From: Candidatus Latescibacterota bacterium
GTDB lineage: Bacteria > Latescibacterota > UBA2968
Direction of reading: 5' to 3'
Length of the DNA: 64,000 nt
Assembly: GCA_965208125.1 (NCBI GenBank)
Contig: OZ242320.1
Coordinates: 5,216,001 to 5,280,000 of the forward strand
Positions 1 through 9,595 of the stretch are shown one piece after another. The position numbers and the translations under genes were made by a program. Below the pieces are notes generated by a model that had not been told where the DNA came from, did no database searches, and saw only the letters and a list, made by a program, of their open reading frames with translations. Every line of letters starts with the position of its first letter. The first letter of the stretch is position 1.

Positions 1-49
1 TTTGTATCTCTCGCTTGCGGATCTCGATTTCGCAGACAGCATCCTGGAT

Positions 50-83
50 AAAAAAAACCGCCCTCCCGATATTGAGAGAGCGG
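50..83 (-). terminator. Rho-independent terminator downstream of batE
   Basis: Minus strand reads CCGCTCTCTC-AATATC-GGGAGGGCGG followed by T8: a GC-rich stem with G-U pairs and a U tract. Confidence 0.7.
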
Positions 84-164
84 CACAGAATGGACTGGTG
101 CGCTAGACCGACGCTTGTATTCTTCACATTTCAAAATATCTCTTTTAATCCATGTGCATCGTTT

Positions 165-932
165 TCAAATCCGCTCCAACGCACGCGCTTCAATCCAACC
201 GCCGAGGCCCGAGCGCAGGCGCACCAGCAACCACCTACCTTCAACGCGTTCAATCTCGACCTTCGTACCTTCGTGAAGAGCGAATACCCGTAAAAAGTCG
301 GGCCCTGGCCCACTTCGACCAATGGCCTCATCTACCAAAATGATAGCTTTGGGAATGCTGTTTTGATGCGCCTTAAACGCCAGCATAGCCGCACTGCCCA
401 AAAGTCCGCCTACAAAAACCACCAGCAACCCACCCCACAGCAAACGACGGACTGGCACAAAAATCCAACACACCACCACACCGCCCAACAAAAAAACAAA
501 CACACAACCCATAACTGCCAGCGCATCGAGGGTAAAAAACGCAAAAAACGCTTGCAAAACCCGCGTCAAAATATTGACTTCATCTTCGCTTTCTCGATCT
601 ATCTTCTGCGCATTGGCAAACTGCAAATTCGCCAGAACATCCCGATCGCCCGGCATCAACTTCAAAGCGCGTTCATAAGATAAAATCGCACGCCCGAGCT
701 GCGCATTTTTAAAATACGCATTGCCCAGATTATAATACACCTCACCGTTGTTCAACCCCTGTGCAATAACGCGCTCATAAGCCGAAATCGCCGCATCAAA
801 ATTCCCTGCGCGATAGTGTTCATTGCCCCGATTGTACAGCGCGACAAGAGCTTCTGAGGCGGATACTGTATCCACGCCAAGTATCGCAACCGCGACAACG
901 GAGTATAACAACCGTTCTATCACTGTCCTCAT
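165..932 (-). CDS. batE: BatE-like TPR protein with C-terminal SH3-like domain
   Basis: Signal-like N-terminus; TPR repeats (YNRGNEHY, YYNLGNAY, AILSYERALKL); two TM helices; SH3b-like tail (LHEGTKVEI...GWI). Last gene of the Bat cluster. Start trimmed to ATG 932. Confidence 0.8.
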   Translation of the reverse strand: MRTVIERLLYSVVAVAILGVDTVSASEALVALYNRGNEHYRAGNFDAAISAYERVIAQGLNNGEVYYNLGNAYFKNAQLGRAILSYERALKLMPGDRDVLANLQFANAQKIDRESEDEVNILTRVLQAFFAFFTLDALAVMGCVFVFLLGGVVVCWIFVPVRRLLWGGLLVVFVGGLLGSAAMLAFKAHQNSIPKAIILVDEAIGRSGPGPDFLRVFALHEGTKVEIERVEGRWLLVRLRSGLGGWIEARALERI

Positions 933-934
933 AA

Positions 935-2773
935 CTAAATACACCGCTCCAGCGTACCGATCAAATCTTCGGTCTGCGCGAACAACGCCTGCATCTGCTC
1001 TGCCGCAATCTGCCCCGGCGCAAACCGCGCCTGATCGCATTGACCAAATACGTCTTGAACACCTGAAATCACCTGTGCATCCACACCGCGTTCCACCAGC
1101 ACAGCACCAATCTGGTCCGCCGTTAAACCCGCCGCGGCGCGATTGGTACGATCTGCGACAAACTGTGCCAAAGACCTGTGAATTTCGCCGTGAAAACCCG
1201 CGCTATTGCCCGCCTCCATTAATCCTTTTGCCTTGCCCAAACGCCGCTGTGCTTCCGAGCGCGAACGCCTTCTGCGCGCATAAGCCACATCGCCTTCTAA
1301 ACGCACGCGATGACGCCGATAAGCATACGCGCCAACCACCCCCAAAACGGGAACCAACTGCAAAAGCCAAAACCCACTGCGCTGATAGAGCAACAAGCTC
1401 TGATCGGCCAAATGCATCCGGTCGGGTTTGATATACCGGATATCTCTCCCCAGCGCGCGCACTTCTTCACCCGACAACCCATCAACCGGCTTCGGTGCCA
1501 GTTCACCCGGCGTCACCTGCAAAGGAATCGGTTTGGTCTGCACGGTTTTATACCGCTTCTGCACAGGATCAAAATAGGCCAGTGTAAAAGGTGGTAATAT
1601 CACCTGCCCTGCTTCTTGCGGGATCGCCACATACTCAAAAGTTTTTTTTCCGCTTATACCCTGCTTTTGTGTTTCCAAATTCGTCTTGGGATCATAAAAC
1701 TTAAACCGCGACCGGCCAGGGCGAATCGGCTCATCAATCGCGTGCAAATTTCCCGCCCCCTGCACCACTACCTTCACCGCAACGGGATCGCCAGCTTTCA
1801 CCGTACCTGGAATCGCCTCTGCGCGCATCTCAAATTGCCCTACTGCACCGCCAAACCCCTTCGGCGCACCAGCAGGCAACGGTTTCACCTCAATTTCAAT
1901 ATCGCCTGACCGCACTGTCACTTGCTGCGTATCAAACGCACCAAATGGATCAAAATCGAACAGACCGCGTGACCGCCGACCCGCAACAATTTCACAATTC
2001 ACCTCAAGTTGCTCCAGGGTGTGCTTACCTGCCGTTGTCGGAAACAGTGCCAAACGCTTGAGCAATGCCGTATTAAACGCGCGCCCATCGACAACCTCTC
2101 GTTGCATATTTAAACGCTGGGCATCAAACACAGTCTCTGTCCAGAATCCCGTAAATGTCGGCACATGGCCGTATTGCACATTTCGCAAATCATAGCGCGT
2201 AAACAATTTATAGGTCACCCCCACCTGTTCCCCCACATAAACCATCCGCTTTTCGGGAATCGCCTGCAAAAACAAATTTTGTTCAATCTCCTGAATCTCT
2301 GATTGCCCCATTGACCGTCCCGTTGATGGCGCGGGGCGCGTCTGCGGGCGACCACTCCTTTTCACTACCTCAACGCGCACCTGATCAGACCGAATCGTCT
2401 TACCTTCATGGGCCAACTGTGCCGGACCAAGCACATAGGTACCTACTCTCTGTGCGCGAAAAGAGAAAACATACGTCGTCGTGCGCTTTGTTGTCATCTC
2501 GCCATTGACAATATTGACAGACATTGACGTAGAAGACGTACTACCCGTCAATTGCAACCCATCAGGCGTGGGAACCCGAGGTGCAGACACACTACCCATT
2601 TGCGCGGCCTCAACCTCCACACTGAACTGAATCAAATCGCCAACTTCGACCCGAGTCCGATCTACTGACGCCCTTATTATCACATCCTGTGCATCAATCC
2701 CCTGTGCCCACAATAGAGCAAACAAAACACCGCACAAAAATATCCATCTTTTCCTACCATGCATTGCCATCAT
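935..2773 (-). CDS. batD: BatD family protein
   Basis: Signal peptide, repeated Ig-like BatD segments (ASVDRTRVEVGD, VYVGEQ, GAVGQF), DIRYIK motif, TM helix near the C-terminus; position between batC and batE. Confidence 0.85.
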   Translation of the reverse strand: MMAMHGRKRWIFLCGVLFALLWAQGIDAQDVIIRASVDRTRVEVGDLIQFSVEVEAAQMGSVSAPRVPTPDGLQLTGSTSSTSMSVNIVNGEMTTKRTTTYVFSFRAQRVGTYVLGPAQLAHEGKTIRSDQVRVEVVKRSGRPQTRPAPSTGRSMGQSEIQEIEQNLFLQAIPEKRMVYVGEQVGVTYKLFTRYDLRNVQYGHVPTFTGFWTETVFDAQRLNMQREVVDGRAFNTALLKRLALFPTTAGKHTLEQLEVNCEIVAGRRSRGLFDFDPFGAFDTQQVTVRSGDIEIEVKPLPAGAPKGFGGAVGQFEMRAEAIPGTVKAGDPVAVKVVVQGAGNLHAIDEPIRPGRSRFKFYDPKTNLETQKQGISGKKTFEYVAIPQEAGQVILPPFTLAYFDPVQKRYKTVQTKPIPLQVTPGELAPKPVDGLSGEEVRALGRDIRYIKPDRMHLADQSLLLYQRSGFWLLQLVPVLGVVGAYAYRRHRVRLEGDVAYARRRRSRSEAQRRLGKAKGLMEAGNSAGFHGEIHRSLAQFVADRTNRAAAGLTADQIGAVLVERGVDAQVISGVQDVFGQCDQARFAPGQIAAEQMQALFAQTEDLIGTLERCI

Positions 2774-3560
2774 ATCGCCTGCCCCGCAACTTCAATTTGC
2801 GTCGCTTCTGGGATTCTTCTTCTCGTGCCTTCATAGCATTGAGAATACGAGCCGCCTCCTCGGGTGTCATCTCTCTGGGATCGGGCTGTTGCCCCTGTTG
2901 TTGTTTTTGCTGATCTTGCTGATTCTGCTGATTCTGCTGATTCTGTTGATTCTGCTGATTCTGTTGATTCTGCTGATTCTGTTGATTCTGCTGATTCTGT
3001 TGATTCTGTTGATTCTGTTGATTCTGTTGATTCTGTTGATTCTGTTGATTCTGGTCCTGACTTTTATCCTGGTTTTGATCTTGATTTTGATTTTGATCTT
3101 GGTTTTTGTCCTGCTCATCCTGTTGATCTTGCCTATCCTGATCCAGTTTTTCCAATGCCAATTCCAGATTAATTTTAGCGTCTATATCATCCGGCTTCAG
3201 TTCAAGGGATTTTTTATAAGCCCCCACAGCTTCCTGGAACTTCTCCTGCCGAAACAGCGCATTGCCCAAATTGTAATGTGCAGCAGCAGACATATCCGGA
3301 TGAGTGCCTTCGGTGGCACGCCCCATCTCCTGCAGAGCCTCGGCATATTTGCCTTGCTTGTAGAGTGCATCGCCAGCATTGAAATGTAACTCCGGTCGTG
3401 ACCTCGCCTCTTGTTGTGCTTCCAAATACCGCCGCAACGCAGCTTCGTACTCCCCCTTTTCAAACAGAGCATTGCCCTCTTCGTTCTTTTTTGCCACAGG
3501 ATCGAGAAATGTCCAACCCAAGAATGGCAACATCAGCAAAACATATAAAAATCGCTTCAT
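2754..3560 (-). CDS. batC: BatC-like TPR protein with Q/N-rich linker
   Basis: TPR repeats, Q/N/D-rich linker, C-terminal MTPEEAARILNAM...W typical of BatC. Confidence 0.85.
   Translation of the reverse strand: MKRFLYVLLMLPFLGWTFLDPVAKKNEEGNALFEKGEYEAALRRYLEAQQEARSRPELHFNAGDALYKQGKYAEALQEMGRATEGTHPDMSAAAHYNLGNALFRQEKFQEAVGAYKKSLELKPDDIDAKINLELALEKLDQDRQDQQDEQDKNQDQNQNQDQNQDKSQDQNQQNQQNQQNQQNQQNQQNQQNQQNQQNQQNQQNQQNQQNQQNQQDQQKQQQGQQPDPREMTPEEAARILNAMKAREEESQKRRKLKLRGRRYDGNAW
2916..3053 (-). repeat. 9-bp coding minisatellite (AATCA[A/G]CAG) x15 encoding (NQQ)15
   Basis: GATT recurs every 9 bp from 2921 to 3047 on the + strand (15 units). Confidence 0.95.
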
Positions 3561-3577
3561 AACCTCACGTCCATAGC

Positions 3578-4603
3578 TTAAGTCTCAAATCGCCCGCGCC
3601 ATGCTTCTTCACTGCGTCGCCGATCCGATAACAGAGCCTCGCTCACAAAACACAACAGAGCAAGAGCCAACGGCCATTGAAACCTGTGAATATACTGTGC
3701 GTAACGCTGCGTACCCAAATCGCGCTTCTCCATCTCTGAAATCCGTTCATGCACCGCCTGCAATCCAATCCCCCCGCCGCTGGCACGCACATATAGCCCA
3801 TCTGTCACACGCGCAATCTCCTTCAAAGTTGCTTCATCCAACCGCGTCTTGACAATCTTGCCCTCAGCATCCTTCAAATAATCTACCCTATCGCCATCGC
3901 GGATCGGAATCAACTCGCCCTCCGCAGTCCCCACACCCACAGCAAATATTTTCACATCCTCTTCCGCTGCCGTTCGCGCTGCTGCAATGGGGTCGCCTCC
4001 GTGATTTTCGCCATCCGTAATCAAAATGAGCGCTTTGTATTTCCCATTGCGCGACCCAAATCCCCGAATGGCAGCGCGAATCGCTTCGGCAACTGCCGTA
4101 CCCTGCTCTGAAATCAATGTGACATTGGCCTGCCCCAAAAACATCTTTGCCGCGCCATAATCCAGCGTAAGCGGACAGAGTACATGGCTATAACCGGCAA
4201 AAGCCACCAGACCGATGCGGTCACCTTCAAGGCGATCGATCAACCCCTCAATTTCAAAACGCGCGCGATCCAGCCTATTGGGCTTAATATCCTCGGCCAG
4301 CATACTCAACGACGTATCCAGAACAATCACCAGATCGACGCCACGGCGATGGATCAATTCCAATTCGGTGCCAAACTGCGGTTGCACCAATGCCAGAATC
4401 AAAAAAATAAATCCAACACACACCAGTGTGGACTTGATGCCCTGCCGCATGCGACTGACACCCGAAGCGAGTTTATCCATCAGTTCGGGAGCACCAAACG
4501 CGTACAGCGCCCTGCGCTTGCGCCGAAAAGCCCACCAATAAAAAAGCGCGAAAACCGGCACACACAGTAAAAAATAAAACGCCTGTGGATCGCCAAATCG
4601 CAT
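3578..4603 (-). CDS. batB: BatB-like vWA domain protein
   Basis: N-terminal BatA-type TM segment, MIDAS motif DTSLSM, LITDGE, VGVGT. Confidence 0.85.
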   Translation of the reverse strand: MRFGDPQAFYFLLCVPVFALFYWWAFRRKRRALYAFGAPELMDKLASGVSRMRQGIKSTLVCVGFIFLILALVQPQFGTELELIHRRGVDLVIVLDTSLSMLAEDIKPNRLDRARFEIEGLIDRLEGDRIGLVAFAGYSHVLCPLTLDYGAAKMFLGQANVTLISEQGTAVAEAIRAAIRGFGSRNGKYKALILITDGENHGGDPIAAARTAAEEDVKIFAVGVGTAEGELIPIRDGDRVDYLKDAEGKIVKTRLDEATLKEIARVTDGLYVRASGGGIGLQAVHERISEMEKRDLGTQRYAQYIHRFQWPLALALLCFVSEALLSDRRRSEEAWRGRFET

Positions 4604-5599
4604 CTAAGGCAACCTCCGAAATCGCGTATTGCCCAGTATCAATTCCAATGATAGCAACGCCAAACCAGGATAGAGAAACAGGTGAAACAACTCGCGATAA
4701 TCCACATACTCGCGCACTTTGATCTCTGTCTTTTCCATTTCGCCAATCTCGGCGTATATCTCCTCCAGCTTTTCTTCACTCGTCGCTCTGAAATATTTCC
4801 CACCTGTTGCATCCGCCACTTTTTTCAGCGTTTCTTCATCAATCTCAACTTTAACCGGTACAAATCGCTTACCAAAAATCCCATCAACCTCCTGCATAAT
4901 CGTACCCCTGCTGCCAGCACCAATCGCATAAATGCGAACACCCACAGCCTCTGCTGCGCGCGCCGCGGTCATCGGATCGATCTCACCGCGATTATTCTTT
5001 CCATCCGTTAACAAAATAATCACCTTACTCTTGGCCTCAGACTCGCGCAAACGATTCACCGCAGTCGCGATCCCCAAACCAATCGCAGTGCCATCCCAAT
5101 CCTTGCTGGCAATTCCAACACCATCGAGAAAACTCAAAAACACGCCGTAATCCAGCGTAAGCGGGCATTGCGTATAGGCTTCTGCGGCAAAGACCACAAG
5201 CCCCAGGCGATCATTGGCACGCCCCTGTGCAAATTGCGCCACCACCTCTTTGCACACTTCCAACCGCGTCTTGCGCTGGTCTGCCAGATCTTTGGCCTCC
5301 ATACTGCTCGACACATCAATCGCCAGCGCAATATCAATACCCTGACTCAAAATTTCTCGACCTTCACGCCCCGACTGCGGCCGCGCCATCGCCGCGATGA
5401 GCAAAGCCAGAGCCACACAGCGAAAAGCGATCAAACTATGCCGCAGCTTGAGCGAAAAAGACGGACCAATACGCCGAAAAAGGCGCGTATCGGAAAACCG
5501 AATGCGCCCCGACTTGCGCCTTTCGCGCCCAATATAGCGATAGATGAGCACCGGAATAAACAACAGGAGCAGTAACCACTCTGGATTGGCAAAACGCAT
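4604..5599 (-). CDS. batA: BatA-like vWA domain protein
   Basis: MRFANPEWLLLL start, MIDAS DVSSSM, GTAIG, LLTDGKNNRG, TGGKYFRA. Confidence 0.88.
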   Translation of the reverse strand: MRFANPEWLLLLLFIPVLIYRYIGRERRKSGRIRFSDTRLFRRIGPSFSLKLRHSLIAFRCVALALLIAAMARPQSGREGREILSQGIDIALAIDVSSSMEAKDLADQRKTRLEVCKEVVAQFAQGRANDRLGLVVFAAEAYTQCPLTLDYGVFLSFLDGVGIASKDWDGTAIGLGIATAVNRLRESEAKSKVIILLTDGKNNRGEIDPMTAARAAEAVGVRIYAIGAGSRGTIMQEVDGIFGKRFVPVKVEIDEETLKKVADATGGKYFRATSEEKLEEIYAEIGEMEKTEIKVREYVDYRELFHLFLYPGLALLSLELILGNTRFRRLP

Positions 5600-6522
5600 C
5601 ACTCGGCTACCTCCTGTGTCACAGAAAGTGTAACCAGAATGCTCACAATGTCACGCACGCCATCCATCGCCTCGTGAGCCGTGTAATCACGCGGTGTAAA
5701 TTTGGCAAACTTGACCCGATCCGCTTCATCCAAAAAACCTTCTATAGCCATCACCAATTGATCGTCAAACGCATGAACACGCAAATCTCGCCCAATTTCA
5801 AACGTCGTACGCTCCACCGCATGCACGGGGGTTTTGGCTTCCAAACACCGCCTCAAAACAGCCGACAATAGAGAATAATACTGCCGATAATTTTCCCGCT
5901 CTATCAGCCCCAACTGCCCCACCCTGTCCAATTCTTCTAACCAGTTAACAGGCGGCGGTGGCAACTCGGCTCTGGGGCGACGCCCGCGGCGATAAACATA
6001 CCAGACCACCCCTGCAATCAATAGAATCAACCCACCAACCACCAGCCAAAACCACATGGGAATCTGTGCCACCACAACCATCGGAGGCTTCACATCGCGA
6101 ATATCCGTTGTGCCTTCTGGCCTGACACTCTGCACCAGCACATCAATGGGTTGCGCCGTAATTTTTCCAGAATCGCCCTCTGCATTGACAAAATGCACGG
6201 AAACGGGTGGCACGCGAAACGCGCCCACCTGATAAATCACCAGCACGATGTCTTGCGTTTCTCGCACCCGTCCATTTTCAAGTTGCTCTGTTTCAACCCC
6301 ACCCGTGTACCGAATTTCAAATGGCTGAGGAAAATCTTTTCCATACGCGATTTCCGCCTTATCGTCAGCCCCGCGATGGACGCGCAGACGCAAAACAAAA
6401 GGGTCACCAATTGTAATTGTATCGCGGTCAACTCCTGTCAAAAATTCTACCGCAGCATCGGTCGGAACTGTATGTGTCCCGAACCAAACTATGACAAAAA
6501 AGAAAAAATAAATTTTACGCAT
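5599..6522 (-). CDS. Bat-operon-associated membrane protein (BatD-like N-terminus, single TM helix)
   Basis: Signal peptide, VDRDTITIGD, DIRDVKPP, TM helix, C-terminal ADRVKFAK; stop overlaps the batA start. Confidence 0.75.
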   Translation of the reverse strand: MRKIYFFFFVIVWFGTHTVPTDAAVEFLTGVDRDTITIGDPFVLRLRVHRGADDKAEIAYGKDFPQPFEIRYTGGVETEQLENGRVRETQDIVLVIYQVGAFRVPPVSVHFVNAEGDSGKITAQPIDVLVQSVRPEGTTDIRDVKPPMVVVAQIPMWFWLVVGGLILLIAGVVWYVYRRGRRPRAELPPPPVNWLEELDRVGQLGLIERENYRQYYSLLSAVLRRCLEAKTPVHAVERTTFEIGRDLRVHAFDDQLVMAIEGFLDEADRVKFAKFTPRDYTAHEAMDGVRDIVSILVTLSVTQEVAE

Positions 6523-6531
6523 GACGAATCT

Positions 6532-6734
6532 ACGGAGCAGGGTACAACTGGTTCAGGCCAAGTCATCTGCGAATCAGTGATCTCTTGAAGTCGATACAGA
6601 GTGTCTCTCTTGTCGAGGCAGGGATGCCTCTCTTACCTTTCATCTGTGTTTATCGGTGGTTGCATTTTGGGGGTGACGAGGTGGGGTTCGTCTATGAACT
6701 GGTCTGGAAAACGACCAGTTTTACCCCGCTCCGT
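6532..6734. repeat. ~200-bp REP/MITE-like element bounded by 21-bp imperfect inverted repeats
   Basis: ACGGAGCAGGGTACAACTGGT (6532-6552) versus the reverse complement of 6714-6734, ACGGAGCGGGGTAAAACTGGT (19/21 identical); internal hairpins AACTGGTC-N8-GACCAGTT and GAGGCA-GGGA-TGCCTC. Confidence 0.7.
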
Positions 6735-8075
6735 CTATTCATCCAGTTGCAACCACGACATCACCGAATGCGGCAACACAACCACCTCGCGCCGCGTTTT
6801 GGCTGTGCCGTACCAAAAATTGTTGGCCTGTCCGATGATCAGTTCTTGCATCAGTGTTTCGCCCCGCCACAGAGAAACCGTCAACACGGGGTCATCCAAA
6901 CTATCTGCGGCAGATTTATCTACTTGATCGGGAAACTCGGCAACGACCAGATTGTGAACGCGATCAATCAAATCTTCAATGTCGGCATCCCCTTTGACAA
7001 CGCGCCCATCCCCCATCACTACCTGCCACGAGCCATTGTCATTCTTTGCGCAATTTACCACACTGTCTCGGTAGGACAAACGCACGCGATCAACTCCTGT
7101 GCGATCAAACTCAAAAACGCGCTTGTAACGCAATCGGGACAATGGAATATCCAGGGATTCTGGAAGAAACTGATCTACGATAAACACCTGTGGCCGACCC
7201 ATTACGCGCCCATACCACAGTTTCTGCCGATCATTGGGAACGCGCTTGCCCAACAACAGCGTATTGGCCATTTCATTGTCTTTTAGATACAACACGACTT
7301 TGTAATCCGGATCGTCGAATCCGTAAATTGTGGGATCCTCCGCCGCATCTTTGTGAAAGGATTCGACGCGCGCATCTTTCAACTGCCCCAACAATGTCAA
7401 AATCTCGCGCGCATCAGACCGCTCTTTTATCGGCTGAACGAGATGCCACTTCAACCCATCCCGCACGACCTCATAAACGCCCCCAGGCGTTTGGAAATAC
7501 GCCCGTGAGACCAGATCGGGATCAAAGGAAAACGCCCGCGTATCGCGCAATGCCATCAGCGGACGATTAAACCGTGCGCGATATTTTTTTTTCGTTAATA
7601 CGACCTTGTCCCCCCCCGACCAGGTCAAATAACACCCCTGCTTTGAGGGAATATCATCGCCAAAAAACAACCACACGGGATCGCCCAATACCGGTTCAAA
7701 TCGCACCTCAACCACGGGCGGATCCAGCCCAAAATCGGCGAGATCTACCCCGGCGTAATCACCTTCATCAACCACAACACGACCGCGTTCAACAATCTGT
7801 GCGATCTCGATCATACCCTCAAATTCTATCCAATCTGCAGGCACTTCCAGCGGGGCGATCAGCACCCATTCATTGCCGCGTTTTTCAGCGACAAAGTGTC
7901 CATAATTATTGTTCAATGTCAACCGCGCAACGCCGTGCCGCTGAACTTCAATAAACGCACTCTTCGCCTCTGTCTCGCGTTGTTCCTCGGCCATGCGAGG
8001 ACGTTCATATAAAAAGATAAACCCCACCAGGCCCAAAAGCAAAACCGCCAAAATCGCTGTCACCTTAATACCCAC
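6735..8075 (-). CDS. DUF4340-like periplasmic protein
   Basis: N-terminal membrane anchor; repeated W-x-L-x-x-P and (F/Y)G(L/F)D-x-P units; lies directly downstream of a GldG-like gene. Confidence 0.75.
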   Translation of the reverse strand: MGIKVTAILAVLLLGLVGFIFLYERPRMAEEQRETEAKSAFIEVQRHGVARLTLNNNYGHFVAEKRGNEWVLIAPLEVPADWIEFEGMIEIAQIVERGRVVVDEGDYAGVDLADFGLDPPVVEVRFEPVLGDPVWLFFGDDIPSKQGCYLTWSGGDKVVLTKKKYRARFNRPLMALRDTRAFSFDPDLVSRAYFQTPGGVYEVVRDGLKWHLVQPIKERSDAREILTLLGQLKDARVESFHKDAAEDPTIYGFDDPDYKVVLYLKDNEMANTLLLGKRVPNDRQKLWYGRVMGRPQVFIVDQFLPESLDIPLSRLRYKRVFEFDRTGVDRVRLSYRDSVVNCAKNDNGSWQVVMGDGRVVKGDADIEDLIDRVHNLVVAEFPDQVDKSAADSLDDPVLTVSLWRGETLMQELIIGQANNFWYGTAKTRREVVVLPHSVMSWLQLDE

Positions 8076-8085
8076 AATTTTTTCC

Positions 8086-8197
8086 TCAGTAGCCAGTGGT
8101 CAGTTATCAGTTACCTCACCCAACCAGTCCCTCTTCTTTCATTTTCTTTCACCTGCGGATCGCCTTTCACCCTTCATCCTTCATCCTTCACACTTCT
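8086..8197. repeat. Intergenic heptamer tandem repeats (TCAGTTA-like and TTCATCC/TTCACAC-like)
   Basis: tcagtagccagtggtcagttatcagtta and tttcacccttcatccttcatccttcacacttc. Confidence 0.55.
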
Positions 8198-9585
8198 CAC
8201 CCCCTGCGCCACCAGACCAGCACACCCGCAACAATCGGGACGCCTGGCAACACCAGCCAATACACCCACCGAATCCAAAATTCATCGCCCGGATTCAATG
8301 TCAGCGGGCGAAAGAGCGTGCTCTTGGGCCGAATCGTAATTTTATCGCGCGCCCTGAGCAACCAATTCGCTGCATTCATAAACAAATCGCCATTACCCGC
8401 CACTTCCACAAAGCGATTGCTCGCAAAATCCGAATCGCCAAATACCACAATCCGCGCCCGCGCGCCACGCCGATTATCACCCGCTTTTGCTGCAATAGTG
8501 GCCGGGCCTTCCACAACCATTGCCAGCCACAGCGGCCCCGGTCGGTCAGCCCCCGATGTGTATTGCACCGCCTCTTTGTCTTTAGCGGAAACAGCGTCCA
8601 AATTAGTCTCGCTCCAACTGTTCGACGAAGACAGCACCAGCGAAGAAACATCAGCACCAGGCAAAGATCCCACGCGTTCCATCGAACGCGTCAGCGGATA
8701 AAACGTCTGCAATCCCGAATGCTTATCCGTAATGGGATGTTTGCTATAATGTGTCGTCACAGGGACCGAAAAATCCGCACCCGGCAGCACCTGACTTTTA
8801 TCGACCACAAAATCGTTTCGCAGACCAATAGACCACTTTTGCAACAGCGGCTCAAGTCCCGTATCGATGAGAGGATCCAACAAAAAGAATGCCGCCCCGC
8901 CCTGATTGAGATACGTCGCTACAATATTGATCTCTGCCGGCAAAAACGGGCGTTTTGGCCCCGCGACAATCAGCGCGTCACAATCTTTTGGCACGCGCTG
9001 TGATTGCGCCAGCACCAGGGATGGACGCACGTCGTGGTTGCCTTCTATGAGCAGCTGCTTGATCCCGGAAAATCCCTGCTCTGATTGATCGTCGGGATGC
9101 GCCTCATCGTGTCCTCCCACAAAATAGACCACCTGTCGCTCTTCACTCATCAAACGCGCAATGCCATTAGTCAGCACTTTTTCAGACGCTTCCTGAATCC
9201 GCTCTTCCCGATTGCCATATTCGATTACCGAAACACCATACCGCGTCACAGTATACCGCCTGGCCTCAATCGGCTCTCGATCGGGATCGACAAACCGGTA
9301 CGCAAAACGCCTCGAATGATAGGCGTACTGCTTGAGTAAATGCTCGTAATCGCGCTGCTCTGCCTCGCGGAAAAACGCCACAACATTGACATCCTCAGAC
9401 AAATTTTCCAAAAGAGAAATCGTTTGAGGCGATAGCGTATAAAGACCGCGAGCCGTCAGGTCAAAGCGCGCGTGATACCGCGTGGTCAAAAAATTAATCA
9501 CCGCCAGAATACCCAGCGTGATCAACACAGCCACAAGGGCATTAGATCCGTATTTCAATATTCGATGCGATAAAAATTTGGGCAT
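8197..9585 (-). CDS. GldG-like ABC-type uncharacterised transport auxiliary protein
   Basis: N- and C-terminal TM helices, FDLT...YTLSPQT, FVDPD, GHDE, VFGDSDFASN, NGDLFMNAANWL. Start trimmed to ATG 9585. Confidence 0.85.
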   Translation of the reverse strand: MPKFLSHRILKYGSNALVAVLITLGILAVINFLTTRYHARFDLTARGLYTLSPQTISLLENLSEDVNVVAFFREAEQRDYEHLLKQYAYHSRRFAYRFVDPDREPIEARRYTVTRYGVSVIEYGNREERIQEASEKVLTNGIARLMSEERQVVYFVGGHDEAHPDDQSEQGFSGIKQLLIEGNHDVRPSLVLAQSQRVPKDCDALIVAGPKRPFLPAEINIVATYLNQGGAAFFLLDPLIDTGLEPLLQKWSIGLRNDFVVDKSQVLPGADFSVPVTTHYSKHPITDKHSGLQTFYPLTRSMERVGSLPGADVSSLVLSSSNSWSETNLDAVSAKDKEAVQYTSGADRPGPLWLAMVVEGPATIAAKAGDNRRGARARIVVFGDSDFASNRFVEVAGNGDLFMNAANWLLRARDKITIRPKSTLFRPLTLNPGDEFWIRWVYWLVLPGVPIVAGVLVWWRRG

Positions 9586-9595
9586 AAATCTATCT

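Noticed and set aside
84-160. Riboswitch or attenuator upstream of the 50-83 hairpin
   Set aside because: No recognisable aptamer consensus; simple termination of batE explains the hairpin.
2916-3053. Possible CRISPR array
   Set aside because: Contiguous 9-bp units with no spacers, inside a CDS; no cas genes in the window.
2864-3389. ORFs with (LLI)n, (DSV/DSA)n and (INR/ISR)n repeats
   Set aside because: Alternative-frame and antisense readings of the batC NQQ minisatellite.
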